DNA from: Aurantimicrobium sp.
GTDB lineage: Bacteria > Actinomycetota > Actinomycetes > Actinomycetales > Microbacteriaceae
Direction of reading: 5' to 3'
DNA: 64,000 nt
Assembly (NCBI RefSeq): GCF_036667855.1
Contig: NZ_JAVWTF010000003.1
Span: 6,099 to 70,098 of the forward strand
Below the pieces are notes generated by a model. It ran no database searches. It saw only the letters and a list, made by a program, of their open reading frames with translations, and was not told the origin of the DNA. A program made the translations under genes and the position numbers. Positions within the stretch are counted from its first letter, which is position 1. Each line of letters begins with the position of its first letter. Shown in pieces: positions 45,022-54,354 of the stretch.

Positions 45022-45921
45022 ATGGCCGCAGCAAAGGCAGCGAACCGCTGTGACGTGCTGGCCATCGGCAGCGACCTTGCTGTCTTTGCCGCTGCATTGG
45101 ATTGCGCGCGCATCGGGCTCAAGGTTGACGTCTGGATCCCTCAGGCAGATGAGAATCAAGGACCAGCTAACTTTTCTCACCGCGGCGGGGTCGTGGCCGA
45201 GCTCTTGGATCAACTGGGTGTCTCCTACGACATCGTCATCCCTGCACCAGGTGAAGAAGAAATCTGTGGCATCCCTGGAAACCCTTTCTCGCTTCGTGTG
45301 AGAAAGACCCTCGGCTGGGGCGGTGCCTGGCGGGTTTATCTTGATCGCATCAAACCGGTGCTCACCATCGGCACCGAGCCCAACCTAGGCAAACTGGTTC
45401 GCACCCGGATGGGTGATGCCGCCCTAGAGAAACTGGTCAACCCAGTTGTGCTCGAGCGCTACGGTCTTCCTGCGGATGAACTGAATGTGGACGCCGTCGC
45501 GCAGGGACTTTCTCAAGCAATGACCCGTGGTGGTTCGTTGAGTAATGGCGTGCTCGAACTTCTGGCCGAAGACCCCCGCGTTGCACAACGTGTTGTTGTT
45601 CCTGGCGGAACAGAAGCAATCACCGCGGCAGCGACGAGCAAGCTTGAATACTTCGCTGCCACCGTCACCAGAGTTGCTGACCCCACCAAGAAGTTGGCAT
45701 CGGGATATAAGAAAGCTGGCGTCGTGCTCGCAGACTTCGGCGATGTTGAGCTGCCTGAGGGCATCGACACCGAGCGGGTTGCCGAAGTGGGTATTTCCTC
45801 CGAGAACCCAGGTTTAGAGCGGGCAATTCCCGCTTCTCAACATGCCGCATTGAGCATGCGCAGAGTCCTTTTGAGTGACCCTGAAAAACCTCCCGTTGGG
45901 ACTCTCAGCTTCGAGGGCTAG
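45022..45921 (+). CDS. Conserved hypothetical protein with degenerate N-terminal dinucleotide-binding-like motif
   Basis: DVLAIGSDLAVFAAALDCARIG resembles a decayed GxGxxG Rossmann start; no further motif recognised. Confidence 0.4.
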   Translation: MAAAKAANRCDVLAIGSDLAVFAAALDCARIGLKVDVWIPQADENQGPANFSHRGGVVAELLDQLGVSYDIVIPAPGEEEICGIPGNPFSLRVRKTLGWGGAWRVYLDRIKPVLTIGTEPNLGKLVRTRMGDAALEKLVNPVVLERYGLPADELNVDAVAQGLSQAMTRGGSLSNGVLELLAEDPRVAQRVVVPGGTEAITAAATSKLEYFAATVTRVADPTKKLASGYKKAGVVLADFGDVELPEGIDTERVAEVGISSENPGLERAIPASQHAALSMRRVLLSDPEKPPVGTLSFEG

Positions 45922-45970
45922 GCTATAACCGCAACATATGCGATTTTTGACATATTGAACGGAAGAAATC

Positions 45971-46300
45971 ATGAGAGGCAAGTTCCTTTTCATTGTGGGT
46001 CTAGCTATTGGCTACGTCTTTGGTACTCGTGCTGGACGTAAGCGCTACGAGCAGATCAAGTCCGCAGCTCAGAACATCTGGGAATCAGAACCCGTTCAGT
46101 GGTCGGTCAAGCAAGCACAGGACGCCGTCGGCGATGTTGCTGAAGAAGCCATCACCGCCGCCAAGCGCGTGATCCACCAGGTCACGGGCGACAAGCCTGC
46201 TGCCAAGAAGGCACCAGCAGCAAAGCCCGCAGCTAAGCCTGCTGCGAAGGCAGCGACCGAACCCGCTGCCAAGGTAGCCCCTAAGCCTGCTGCGAAGTAA
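45971..46300 (+). CDS. YtxH-domain protein with C-terminal (P/K)AAK repeat tail
   Basis: KFLFIVGLAIGYVFGTRAGRKRYEQIK; tail AAKKAPAAKPAAKPAAKA. Confidence 0.7.
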   Translation: MRGKFLFIVGLAIGYVFGTRAGRKRYEQIKSAAQNIWESEPVQWSVKQAQDAVGDVAEEAITAAKRVIHQVTGDKPAAKKAPAAKPAAKPAAKAATEPAAKVAPKPAAK

Positions 46301-46302
46301 TC

Positions 46303-46737
46303 ATGGCAACTGCATCATCTTCTCCTGACAAGGAGAGCACTCAGAAAGAAGAGCGTTCGCTCTTCACTTTGCTGCGCGATCTGCCCGGCATTCTGATGGA
46401 CCTCGTTCGCGCAGAGTTTGAACAGCTCAAGCGCGAGATGGCTCGCAAGCTCAAGAGCCTAGGCATTGGCGCAATCCTTGTTGTGATCGCGCTTGTCCTG
46501 TTGAGTTTCCTCACCTTCACTCTGCTGCTGGCTGGCATCTTCGCGCTTGCGCTCGTGATGCCACCCTGGGCAGCAGCGCTCACTGTCTCCGGAATTCTCT
46601 TGCTGGTGATTCTTGGTCTGATCGGCGCTGCCGCTCTTCAGTTCAAGAAGGGCAGCCCACCTCTTCCCACCGAGACGTTCGACAGTGTTGTGAAGGACTC
46701 TCACGCATTCAAGGGAGATGGCGACTATGGCATCTAA
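46303..46737 (+). CDS. Holin-X / Phage_holin_3_6 (DUF1469) family membrane protein
   Basis: LLRDLPGILMDLVRAEFEQLKREMARK followed by two TM helices. Confidence 0.65.
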   Translation: MATASSSPDKESTQKEERSLFTLLRDLPGILMDLVRAEFEQLKREMARKLKSLGIGAILVVIALVLLSFLTFTLLLAGIFALALVMPPWAAALTVSGILLLVILGLIGAAALQFKKGSPPLPTETFDSVVKDSHAFKGDGDYGI

Positions 46738-47041
46738 CTCCAAGCTTTCTAAGGTTTCAGAAGACGAGTTCTTTACAGAGCCTTCATTTGTTTCCACACT
46801 CAGCAACGCTGAACTGCAAGAACACCTTGCTGCCACCCGCGACAAGCTCTCCTCCACATTGGATGAGCTGGAAGACAAGGCGAACGTTCCCAAGCAATTG
46901 GGTAAGGCAAAGGATCGCTTGCAGGAACGCTTCACGGTGATGAAGCAGGAGCAGCCTCTGGTTCTTCTCGGCATTGGTGTGGGAGCTGTGGCTCTTGCAG
47001 GTGCAATTATTGTGGGCGTATTCCGCTCGGGTCGTCGATAA
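46718..47041 (+). CDS. DUF3618 domain protein
   Basis: ELQEHLAATRDKLSSTLDELEDK and a C-terminal TM; 20-nt overlap with the preceding gene. Confidence 0.6.
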   Translation: MATMASNSKLSKVSEDEFFTEPSFVSTLSNAELQEHLAATRDKLSSTLDELEDKANVPKQLGKAKDRLQERFTVMKQEQPLVLLGIGVGAVALAGAIIVGVFRSGRR

Positions 47042-47112
47042 CCTTTTGGTTACAGTCCCGCCATTAAAGGCGGAAACTTGTTTTCTCAGTTTGTTGTCTT
47101 GCGCAACAGTCG

Positions 47113-47916
47113 GTGACAATAGAGGCGATGTCTTTTACCTCTCCTATTGAGACGCGTCCCCTTTATGGGCATCGCGTACTTGTGCCTCGCGGTGGACCTT
47201 GGGGCGACTCTGTCGCATCCGCTCTCCGCGCTAAAGGCGCATCTGCGGTAATCGCACCCATGGTGAACTTTGCACCAACCGATGATGCACCCGCACTCGA
47301 GACTGCCCTCAAGGAACTCGCTGCTGGTGAGTTCGACTGGGTTACGCTCACCAGTGCCACCACGGTGGATGTGCTGATGGCGCACCAGGCTGTCATTCCT
47401 CCCACCACCAAGGTGGCATGCGTTGGTGAAACCACGGCTACCGCGTTGGCTGCAGCTGGATACAAAGCAGACCTCGCTCCCAGCGAAGAGAACACGGCGC
47501 ACGGTCTGCTCGAAGAATGGACCACAGCAACTGGTGGTGTCGTTCCGCTTCGTGTTCTGACACTGCGTTCACAGATTGCTGTTCCCGTGCTGACCGAGGG
47601 GCTCATCCGTATCGGCCACAGCGTGAAGTCGGTTGTTGCCTACCGCTCGGTCGGTGTTGATGTTGCCGAAGGCGTCATCAACGATGTGCGTGCCGGCAAG
47701 ATCACCGACATCTTGGTGACCTCAGGTTCGGTTGCTGAACAGATCTCCATTCAGATCGGTGACATCCCAGCCAAGACGCTGGTTTCCGCGATTGGCCCTC
47801 GCACCGCAAAAGATGCTGAAGCATTTGGGCTCCGTGTTGATGCCGTTGCTGAAGAAATCAACATCGAATCCATGGTCGACCTACTGGTCGAACGGGCTCT
47901 GAGCGTTAAGCCGTAA
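47113..47916 (+). CDS. hemD: Uroporphyrinogen-III synthase
   Basis: GHRVLVPRG..., [13 protein letters not shown]; two-lobed HemD pattern. Start uncertain (GTG 47113 or ATG 47128). Confidence 0.75.
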   Translation: MTIEAMSFTSPIETRPLYGHRVLVPRGGPWGDSVASALRAKGASAVIAPMVNFAPTDDAPALETALKELAAGEFDWVTLTSATTVDVLMAHQAVIPPTTKVACVGETTATALAAAGYKADLAPSEENTAHGLLEEWTTATGGVVPLRVLTLRSQIAVPVLTEGLIRIGHSVKSVVAYRSVGVDVAEGVINDVRAGKITDILVTSGSVAEQISIQIGDIPAKTLVSAIGPRTAKDAEAFGLRVDAVAEEINIESMVDLLVERALSVKP

Positions 47917-48811
47917 CCTTCGAGTGTTCTTCACAGAACACATCCACAGCGGCACACTCTTCGCAGACAACCATTTGTTCGCGGCACATCTTGTCCGCGC
48001 AGTTGATCATATGGTTTGACTTGGTGCCGCAGCACTTACACGTTCCGATCAGAGCTACATCGGGAGCAAAGTCCATCGAGATGCGCTTGTCGAAAACATA
48101 GAGCGAGCCTTCCCACAGACCCTGGTTTCCGCGCGCTTCGCCATAGCGAACTATGCCACCATCAATTTGGTAAATCTCCTTGAAGCCACGTGCCTTCATG
48201 ATGGGGGTCAAGATTTCGCAGCGGATGCCGCCGGTGCAGTAGGTGACGATGGGCTTGTCCTTGATGTGGTCATACTTGCCACTCTCAAGTTCACGCACGA
48301 AGTCATGGGTGGTCTTCACATCAGGAATGATGGCGTTCTTGAAACGGCCAATCTCTGCTTCCCAGGCATTACGACCGTCGAAGAAGACAACTTCGTCACC
48401 ACGCTCTTCAACCAATGCGTCGAGCTCGTGGGGCTTGAGCTTCTTACCGCCACCCACGATTCCCTTGTGATTGACCTCAATCTCGTCGGGAACACCGAAA
48501 GCCACGATCTCTGGACGTGCCTTGACGCTCAGACGAGGGAAGTCGAGGCTGAGGCCGTTCTCGTCCAGACCGGTGCCGTCACTCCACTTGGCATCCATCT
48601 TCTTGAAGCCGGGGTATTCCTTGGTCTTACGCAGATACATCTTGACGTCGTCGATGTCTCCACCGACGGTTCCGTTGATGCCGTGCTTGGAGATGAGGAT
48701 GCGTCCACGCAGGTTCAAGCCTTCGCAGAGGTCGCGTTGCCACAGGCGCACTGCCTCGGGGTCAGCTACGGGTGCGAATGCGTAATACAGAAGAACTTTG
48801 GGGACTGCCAT
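47906..48811 (-). CDS. trhO: Rhodanese-domain tRNA uridine(34) hydroxylase TrhO (UPF0176/YceA)
   Basis: VLLYYAF, rhodanese loop YCTGGIRCE, Cys-rich C-terminus CKCCG..C..C. ATG 48811 preferred. Confidence 0.85.
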   Translation of the reverse strand: MAVPKVLLYYAFAPVADPEAVRLWQRDLCEGLNLRGRILISKHGINGTVGGDIDDVKMYLRKTKEYPGFKKMDAKWSDGTGLDENGLSLDFPRLSVKARPEIVAFGVPDEIEVNHKGIVGGGKKLKPHELDALVEERGDEVVFFDGRNAWEAEIGRFKNAIIPDVKTTHDFVRELESGKYDHIKDKPIVTYCTGGIRCEILTPIMKARGFKEIYQIDGGIVRYGEARGNQGLWEGSLYVFDKRISMDFAPDVALIGTCKCCGTKSNHMINCADKMCREQMVVCEECAAVDVFCEEHSKVTA

Positions 48812-48855
48812 GTATATAAGGGTACGCGCCCGAAGCGAACATCGCACTATTCATA

Positions 48856-48872
48856 TTGACAATCATTCTCAA
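48856..48872. promoter_or_regulatory. Zur-box-like palindrome upstream of the metal ABC operon
   Basis: TTGACAATCATTCTCAA: 7 of 8 palindromic pairs, 19 nt upstream of the ATG at 48891. Resembles the actinobacterial Zur consensus TGAAAATGATTTTCA. Confidence 0.65.
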
Positions 48873-48890
48873 TAAGAATACTTTCGAGGT

Positions 48891-49874
48891 ATGAAAGTTC
48901 TTGGAATCCTTGCCGCCAGTGTGCTCATTGCCGGCAGCCTGAGTGCCTGCTCATCTTCGTCGGCACAAAGTGAAGAATTCCAGGTAGTTGCAACCACCAC
49001 TCAGGTCACCGAGTTCACGCGTGCCGTTGTCGGGGACACGGGCACAGTGACAGGACTCATTCAGCCCAATCAAAGCGCACACTCCTTTGACCCTTCTGCA
49101 AAGCAACTGCTTGCCCTTTCCCAGGCGGATGCAGTCGTCATCAACGGCGCTGACCTTGAGCCATGGATTTCAGATGCTCTCTCTGCCTCAAACTTCTCGG
49201 GAGAGATCATCGATGCGTCAACAGGAATCGAGCTCTTGGCAGCCGGCGAGGCAGAAGAAGACCACGCAGCACACGCAGCAGAAGATGAACATGCACATGG
49301 AGAAGGTGATCCCCACATCTGGACTTCTCCTCTCAAAGCCCAAGTGATGGTGAAAAACATTGCGACGGGACTTGAGGCAGTGAACCCTGCAGACGCCACT
49401 GTGATGGAAGACAATGCTGCTTCCTACTCAGCACAACTTGCCAGCCTCAATGAGTGGGTGATGGCAAACTTTGACCAGGTTCCTGTTGACCAGCGATTAC
49501 TGGTGACTAACCACGATGCATTTACCTACTTCGTCTCGGAATATGGCATTACCTTTGTCGGCTCTATCATCCCCAGTTTTGATGACAACGCAGAACCCAG
49601 CGCAGCTGAGATTGATGCTCTGATTGCGTTGATCAAGCAGTCTGGCGCCAAAGCTGTTTTCTCTGAGGCGTCCATTTCACCCAAACTGGCTAAGACCATC
49701 GCCAGCGAAGCGGGCGTGAAGGTGTATTCGGGTGACAATGCCCTCTATTCCGATTCCCTTGGAGTCACCGGCTCCGATGGTGAAACCTACATCAAGGCAA
49801 CCATTCACAACGTCACCATGTTGATGAACGCGTGGGGCTATCCCGTCCTGCCACTACCTGCGGAGCTGAGCTGA
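48891..49874 (+). CDS. znuA: Metal (probably Zn) ABC transporter substrate-binding lipoprotein, ZnuA/TroA family, with His/acidic loop
   Basis: Lipobox GSLSAC; His-rich loop EEDHAAHAAEDEHAHGEGDPH typical of ZnuA. Confidence 0.8.
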   Translation: MKVLGILAASVLIAGSLSACSSSSAQSEEFQVVATTTQVTEFTRAVVGDTGTVTGLIQPNQSAHSFDPSAKQLLALSQADAVVINGADLEPWISDALSASNFSGEIIDASTGIELLAAGEAEEDHAAHAAEDEHAHGEGDPHIWTSPLKAQVMVKNIATGLEAVNPADATVMEDNAASYSAQLASLNEWVMANFDQVPVDQRLLVTNHDAFTYFVSEYGITFVGSIIPSFDDNAEPSAAEIDALIALIKQSGAKAVFSEASISPKLAKTIASEAGVKVYSGDNALYSDSLGVTGSDGETYIKATIHNVTMLMNAWGYPVLPLPAELS

Positions 49875-50653
49875 TGAGTCCACGCACCAGACCCATCCCC
49901 ATCATTACTGAAGATGCCCTCACCATTACAGGCGGCGCTTTCAGCTATGGCAACACCCCTGCACTCACCGATGTCAACATCTCGGTGAAGCCGGGTGACG
50001 CGATGGCACTCATTGGCCCGAATGGCTCTGGGAAGTCGACCCTGCTCAAGGGAGTGCTGGGACTCATTCCACTGGTTGAAGGCTCGATGGGTTTTGGAAA
50101 GACCGCAGACTCCGTCGGCTATCTACCTCAGACCGAACATATTGATCCCGAGTTCCCGGTCACCCTCAAGCAGGTCGTGATGATGGGTCGCTACCGCAAG
50201 TTGGGTCTCCTGAGATTCCCCGGCAAGGCAGACCGCGCAGCTGTTCGCTCCGCGATCGCTGCAGTCGGTCTGACCAATGTTGCCCACAAGCGCTTTGGCT
50301 CTCTTTCTGGCGGTCAACAGCAACGCGGCTTCTTGGCACGTGCCCTGGCATCCGAGCCAGGACTGCTGCTCTTGGATGAGCCCTTCAACGGCCTGGACCA
50401 GCCCAACCGTGATGCACTTCTCCAGACCATTCGCGAGCTCAAGAAGGCAGGCGTGGCCATCATCGTGACCACACACGACCTCGACCTCGCTCGCGAGGTC
50501 TGTGACACCGTGCTGTTTGTGAACGGTCGACAGATCGCCTTCGGCCCCAAGGACGAGGTTCTCACTTTGGCTAACCTGCAAGAGGTATTCCACGAATACC
50601 AGGTTGAAATCGATGAGCACACGGTAGTCGTGCCAGGTCACGAAGGCCACTAG
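49874..50653 (+). CDS. znuC: Metal ABC transporter ATP-binding protein
   Basis: GPNGSGKST (Walker A), LSGGQQQR, LLLDEP. TGATG coupling at 49872-49876. Confidence 0.85.
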   Translation: MSPRTRPIPIITEDALTITGGAFSYGNTPALTDVNISVKPGDAMALIGPNGSGKSTLLKGVLGLIPLVEGSMGFGKTADSVGYLPQTEHIDPEFPVTLKQVVMMGRYRKLGLLRFPGKADRAAVRSAIAAVGLTNVAHKRFGSLSGGQQQRGFLARALASEPGLLLLDEPFNGLDQPNRDALLQTIRELKKAGVAIIVTTHDLDLAREVCDTVLFVNGRQIAFGPKDEVLTLANLQEVFHEYQVEIDEHTVVVPGHEGH

Positions 50654-50655
50654 TC

Positions 50656-51510
50656 GTGAATCTGCTCGACTCACTCACCACTGCATTCGCGCTGCCCTTT
50701 ATGGGTCGCGCGCTGTTGGTGTTGATTGTGTTGAGTGTTGCAGCCGGAGTGATTGGTGTCTTTATTAACCTTCGGGGGCTTGAGTTCCTCAGCGATGGTC
50801 TCACCCATGCCGTGTTCCCTGGTTTGGCAGCAGGCTTCGTCTTTGGCGGGCAGGGCGGCGTTCTCATCGGAGCCCTTGTCGCAGCCGCTGCCGCCACCAT
50901 CGTGCTCACCCTGATGAGCAATAACCGGGTCACCTCCGATGCGACGACAGCCATTGTTCTCACGGCCATGTTCAGCATTGGTGTGATTATTGTCTCAGCT
51001 TCCCCGGGTCGAGCCGGCGGCCTCGAGCAATTGCTTTTTGGTCACCTGCTCACCGTGACAGACAGTGAAGCCATCACCACTGCGGTTGTTGCTGGTGTTG
51101 CGCTGATGCTGGTGCTCCTCACGTTCCGCCGCCAGGTCTTCCGCGCTTTCGACCCTGAAGGCAGTGCTGCTGCCGGCTATCGCCGGGTCAGCACAGAGCT
51201 TGTCTTGAACGTTTCAATCGCCTTGGTCATTGTTGCTGCTTCGAATGCGGTGGGTAATCTTTTGGTTCTCGCGGTACTGATTGTTCCGGGGGCACTCTCT
51301 CGTTTGGTGACCACCAAGCTGGGTGGCCTCTTTGCTGTTGCTGTGGGAGCAGCCCTTCTGGCGTCCTGGATTGGGCTGGCTCTGGGATTCAACATCTCGG
51401 TCGTCGGCGGTGTTGATGTTCCGGCGGGTGCAACCGTTGCGCTCAGTTTTGTGGCGTTCTATGCAATCGCTTTGATTGTGCGCGTGCTCCGCAAGGGGGT
51501 CAACGCATGA
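50656..51510 (+). CDS. Metal ABC transporter permease (first of two)
   Basis: ABC-3 family multi-pass permease; GTG start. Confidence 0.8.
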   Translation: MNLLDSLTTAFALPFMGRALLVLIVLSVAAGVIGVFINLRGLEFLSDGLTHAVFPGLAAGFVFGGQGGVLIGALVAAAAATIVLTLMSNNRVTSDATTAIVLTAMFSIGVIIVSASPGRAGGLEQLLFGHLLTVTDSEAITTAVVAGVALMLVLLTFRRQVFRAFDPEGSAAAGYRRVSTELVLNVSIALVIVAASNAVGNLLVLAVLIVPGALSRLVTTKLGGLFAVAVGAALLASWIGLALGFNISVVGGVDVPAGATVALSFVAFYAIALIVRVLRKGVNA

Positions 51511-52316
51511 GTTACTTCGAACGTGCCCTGATTGTCATCATGCTGGTGGGAGCACTCGCTGGCCTGGCTGGTGTCCTGGTTGTGCTGCGCAAAAGAGTGC
51601 TCTTTGCCCAGGCGCTGACTCACGCAACTTTTCCCGGTGCAGTCATTGCCACCATCCTGGGAGCTAGCCTCCAGATTGGGGCACTCATTGCCTGCATGAG
51701 CTTGGCCATCATCTTGAGCTTCCTCAGCAGGATCCGCGGACAAGGAACACAGGCCGCCTCGGGCGTGATGCTCACAGCAGGCTTTGCTGCCGGAGTTCTG
51801 CTGCAGGCAATGAACCCGAGCATCCCCATTCAGATAGACAGTTTCTTGTTTGGTTCCATCCTCTCGGCAACATGGGTTGATGGACTGGTTGCCGGTGTTG
51901 CTCTTCTCGCGGTGATTGCAACGATGCTCATCTGGGGCAAGCAGATCCTGTTCTTCCTCTTTGACCCCGAAGCCTTCGCAGCAACCGGCGCCAAGCCATG
52001 GATGCTGGATGCGGTGCTTCTCCTGATCACCACTGTTGCTGTGGTGGCTGCTCTGCCGGCGGCAGGAGCAATCCTGGCCATTGCTTTGATTGCTTCACCT
52101 GCTGCCGCTGCTCGCTATTTCACCGACAAGATCAATGTCATGTTCTGGCTGGCGCCAAGCCTCGGAGCGCTTGCCGGTGTAGCAGGCTTGCTCATTTCTC
52201 GCTGGCTGGGTGTCAGTGCAGGAGCCAGCATTTCACTCGTGGCAGCGACCATCTTCTTTATTGCATGGGGAACCTTCACCATGCGCCGTCCCGCTGTGAG
52301 GGGAGTAGCTGCATGA
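51507..52316 (+). CDS. Metal ABC transporter permease (second of two)
   Basis: ABC-3 family permease paralog; overlaps neighbours by 4 nt on both sides. Confidence 0.8.
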   Translation: MSYFERALIVIMLVGALAGLAGVLVVLRKRVLFAQALTHATFPGAVIATILGASLQIGALIACMSLAIILSFLSRIRGQGTQAASGVMLTAGFAAGVLLQAMNPSIPIQIDSFLFGSILSATWVDGLVAGVALLAVIATMLIWGKQILFFLFDPEAFAATGAKPWMLDAVLLLITTVAVVAALPAAGAILAIALIASPAAAARYFTDKINVMFWLAPSLGALAGVAGLLISRWLGVSAGASISLVAATIFFIAWGTFTMRRPAVRGVAA

Positions 52317-52702
52317 AGCGCAACACGTGGCAACGCGAAGCAGTCAGAACTGCATTGAATGAGCGCGGAGATTTCATCTCTGCCCAGAAGCTGCACTCTG
52401 AGCTCAAGGCCAAAGGCTCCACGATTGGCCTGGCCACGGTTTATCGTGCCCTGACCGATCTTGTCACTGCAGATGAAGCAGATGCACTGCAATCACCAGA
52501 TGGAGAAAACCTCTACCGCGCTTGTTCGAGTGATGGTCACCACCACCACCTGATTTGTCGCCAGTGTGGACACACTGAAGAAATTGAAGCCGAAGCGGTG
52601 GAGTCGTGGGCAGCCAAGGTCGCAGCAGAGCATGGATTTACCCAACCCCGTCACGTGGTGGACGTATTCGGCTTCTGCGGGAAGTGCAACTCAACTAGCT
52701 GA
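52313..52702 (+). CDS. zur: Fur-family zinc uptake regulator
   Basis: TWQREAVRTAL..SAQKLH..GLATVYRAL, HHHHLICRQCG, FGFCGKC. ATGA overlap with the permease stop. Confidence 0.85.
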   Translation: MKRNTWQREAVRTALNERGDFISAQKLHSELKAKGSTIGLATVYRALTDLVTADEADALQSPDGENLYRACSSDGHHHHLICRQCGHTEEIEAEAVESWAAKVAAEHGFTQPRHVVDVFGFCGKCNSTS

Positions 52703-52768
52703 CTCCAATTTCAGTAGTTCCGACTAGTTTTTCTCTGAGACGGAGGGGATTCACTAGAGAGGAACACA

Positions 52769-53752
52769 GTGGACCCCAAATCCGAAAATGAAAATTCGGT
52801 CGAGCTTTACAGGAGCAAAGACGGCTTAGTTGAATTACAAGTTCGAACCGATGGTCAGTCAGTCTGGCTCAATCGCCAGCAACTTTCAGTTCTCTTCAAT
52901 CGAGATGTGAAAACCATTGGTAAACACATCACGAATGCAGTAACTGAAGAACTAGCTGGCCTTAGAACTGTCGCAAAATTTGCGACAGTTCAACTCGAAG
53001 GTTCCAGGCGGGTTGAAAGAGAGATAGAACACTACAGTCTTGATGTTGTCATTTCGGTTGGATATCGGGTCAAGTCCGTTGAGGGAGTTCATTTTCGCCG
53101 CTGGGCGGCTGAAGTACTCAGGCGATATTTGCTTGACGGGGTAGTTACGAATGATCGTCGACTACAGGAAATCGGTTCTCTCGTCAGAATTTTGAGCCGT
53201 GCTTCGAATGAACTCGTGTCAGGGATAGCAGATGTGCTTCAAGATTATTTGCCTGGTCTACGACTTCTTAAGGAGTATGACCAGGGAGTAATAATTTCTC
53301 CTTCAGGGATTACGCCTAGTTGGAAACTCACAATCGAGGAAGCCAGAAAAATAATTAGTTTGGTAGCTGACTCGTTTCCAGAAGACAGTCTGTTTGGAAT
53401 CGAAAGAGGCGGCAGCCTGGAGGCAGTTGTTGAGGGGATCTATCAAGAATTTGCAGGATTTCCTCTGTATCCAAGCGTTGAGAAAAAGGCAGCAAATCTT
53501 TTGTACCTTGTCGTCAAGGACCATCCGCTTTCAGACGGTAATAAACGAAGCGCCGCAGCTCTTTTCGTTACATTTTTGGCAAAAAATGAAATCTTAAAGA
53601 ACGAACAAGGCGAAGAGCGAATTTCAAATAATGCACTTGCAGCTCTAACTCTCATGGTTGCAATTAGCGAGCCGAAAGAAAAAGAGCTCATGATTTCATT
53701 ACTGATCCGCATGTTGTCCCCGGCAGAAACGGTTACTCGTTTAGCTGCGTAA
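52769..53752 (+). CDS. RhuM-family N-terminal region fused to a Fic/Doc-like C-terminal domain
   Basis: N-terminal VELYRSKDG.VELQV....VWLNRQQLSVLFNRDVKTIGKHI..., HFRRWAAEVLRRYLLDG (RhuM-like). C-terminal HPLSDGNKRSAAALF (Doc-type HxFxDGNKR with F to L). Confidence 0.7.
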   Translation: MDPKSENENSVELYRSKDGLVELQVRTDGQSVWLNRQQLSVLFNRDVKTIGKHITNAVTEELAGLRTVAKFATVQLEGSRRVEREIEHYSLDVVISVGYRVKSVEGVHFRRWAAEVLRRYLLDGVVTNDRRLQEIGSLVRILSRASNELVSGIADVLQDYLPGLRLLKEYDQGVIISPSGITPSWKLTIEEARKIISLVADSFPEDSLFGIERGGSLEAVVEGIYQEFAGFPLYPSVEKKAANLLYLVVKDHPLSDGNKRSAAALFVTFLAKNEILKNEQGEERISNNALAALTLMVAISEPKEKELMISLLIRMLSPAETVTRLAA

Positions 53753-53950
53753 TCATTGATTTCATGCCGAAGTTGAGCTGCCCGAGTTTGCTTTAAGAAT
53801 CACACTCAACGTAGACTGGATCCTTGGCTGCGCGGAATTCCTCGCGTAAGCAGTACACGTTCTCTCTCACTTCGTGAGTTGTGGGTGTTCGTGTGCAGAC
53901 AAGGAATCTTGGGCAAGACAATCCCGTCTTGCGGTATTAGGAGGATAGAC

Positions 53951-54187
53951 ATGGCTGCGACCTGTCAGGTGACCGGAGCCGTACCCGGCTTTGGGCACGC
54001 AATTTCACACTCGCACCGACGCACCAAGCGTCGTTTCGACCCCAACATTCAGAAGAAGACGTACTACGTACCTTCTCTTCGTCGTAATGTAACGCTGACT
54101 CTGTCGGCAAAGGGAATCAAGGTTATCGACGCACGCGGCATTGAGTCCGTCGTCAAGGACCTTCTCGCACGTGGGGAGAAAATCTAA
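53951..54187 (+). CDS. rpmB: 50S ribosomal protein L28 (no CxxC zinc ribbon)
   Basis: [31 protein letters not shown]; GGAGGA RBS. Confidence 0.9.
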   Translation: MAATCQVTGAVPGFGHAISHSHRRTKRRFDPNIQKKTYYVPSLRRNVTLTLSAKGIKVIDARGIESVVKDLLARGEKI

Positions 54188-54354
54188 TGGCTAAGGCACA
54201 GGACGTACGTCCCATCATCAAGTTGCGCTCGACTGCAGGCACCGGTTACACCTACGTGACTCGCAAGAACCGTCGTAACACCCCTGACCGTCTTGTACTC
54301 AAGAAGTACGACCCCGTAGTGCGTCAGCACGTTGAATTCCGTGAGGAGCGCTAA
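54187..54354 (+). CDS. rpmG: 50S ribosomal protein L33 (Cys-less form, 55 aa; below the ORF-track cutoff)
   Basis: Hand translation: [60 protein letters not shown] coupling to rpmB. Confidence 0.85.
   Translation: MAKAQDVRPIIKLRSTAGTGYTYVTRKNRRNTPDRLVLKKYDPVVRQHVEFREER

Noticed and set aside
43645-45213. 522-aa minus-strand ORF
   Set aside because: It is entirely antisense to the clearly recognisable glyQS gene. This is a typical long antisense ORF of GC-rich coding DNA.
48167-48859. 230-aa plus-strand ORF
   Set aside because: Antisense to trhO (rhodanese CTGGIRCE frame).
51998-52312. N-terminal 105-codon extension of the zur ORF in the ORF track
   Set aside because: - It lies inside the second permease gene in another frame and is Cys/Arg-rich.
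- The ATG at 52313, with ATGA coupling, gives a normal 129-aa Fur-family protein.
53753-53770. Zur box in atcattgatttcatg just after the RhuM/Doc gene
   Set aside because: Only a partial half-site resemblance (AATCATT-like), and not palindromic.
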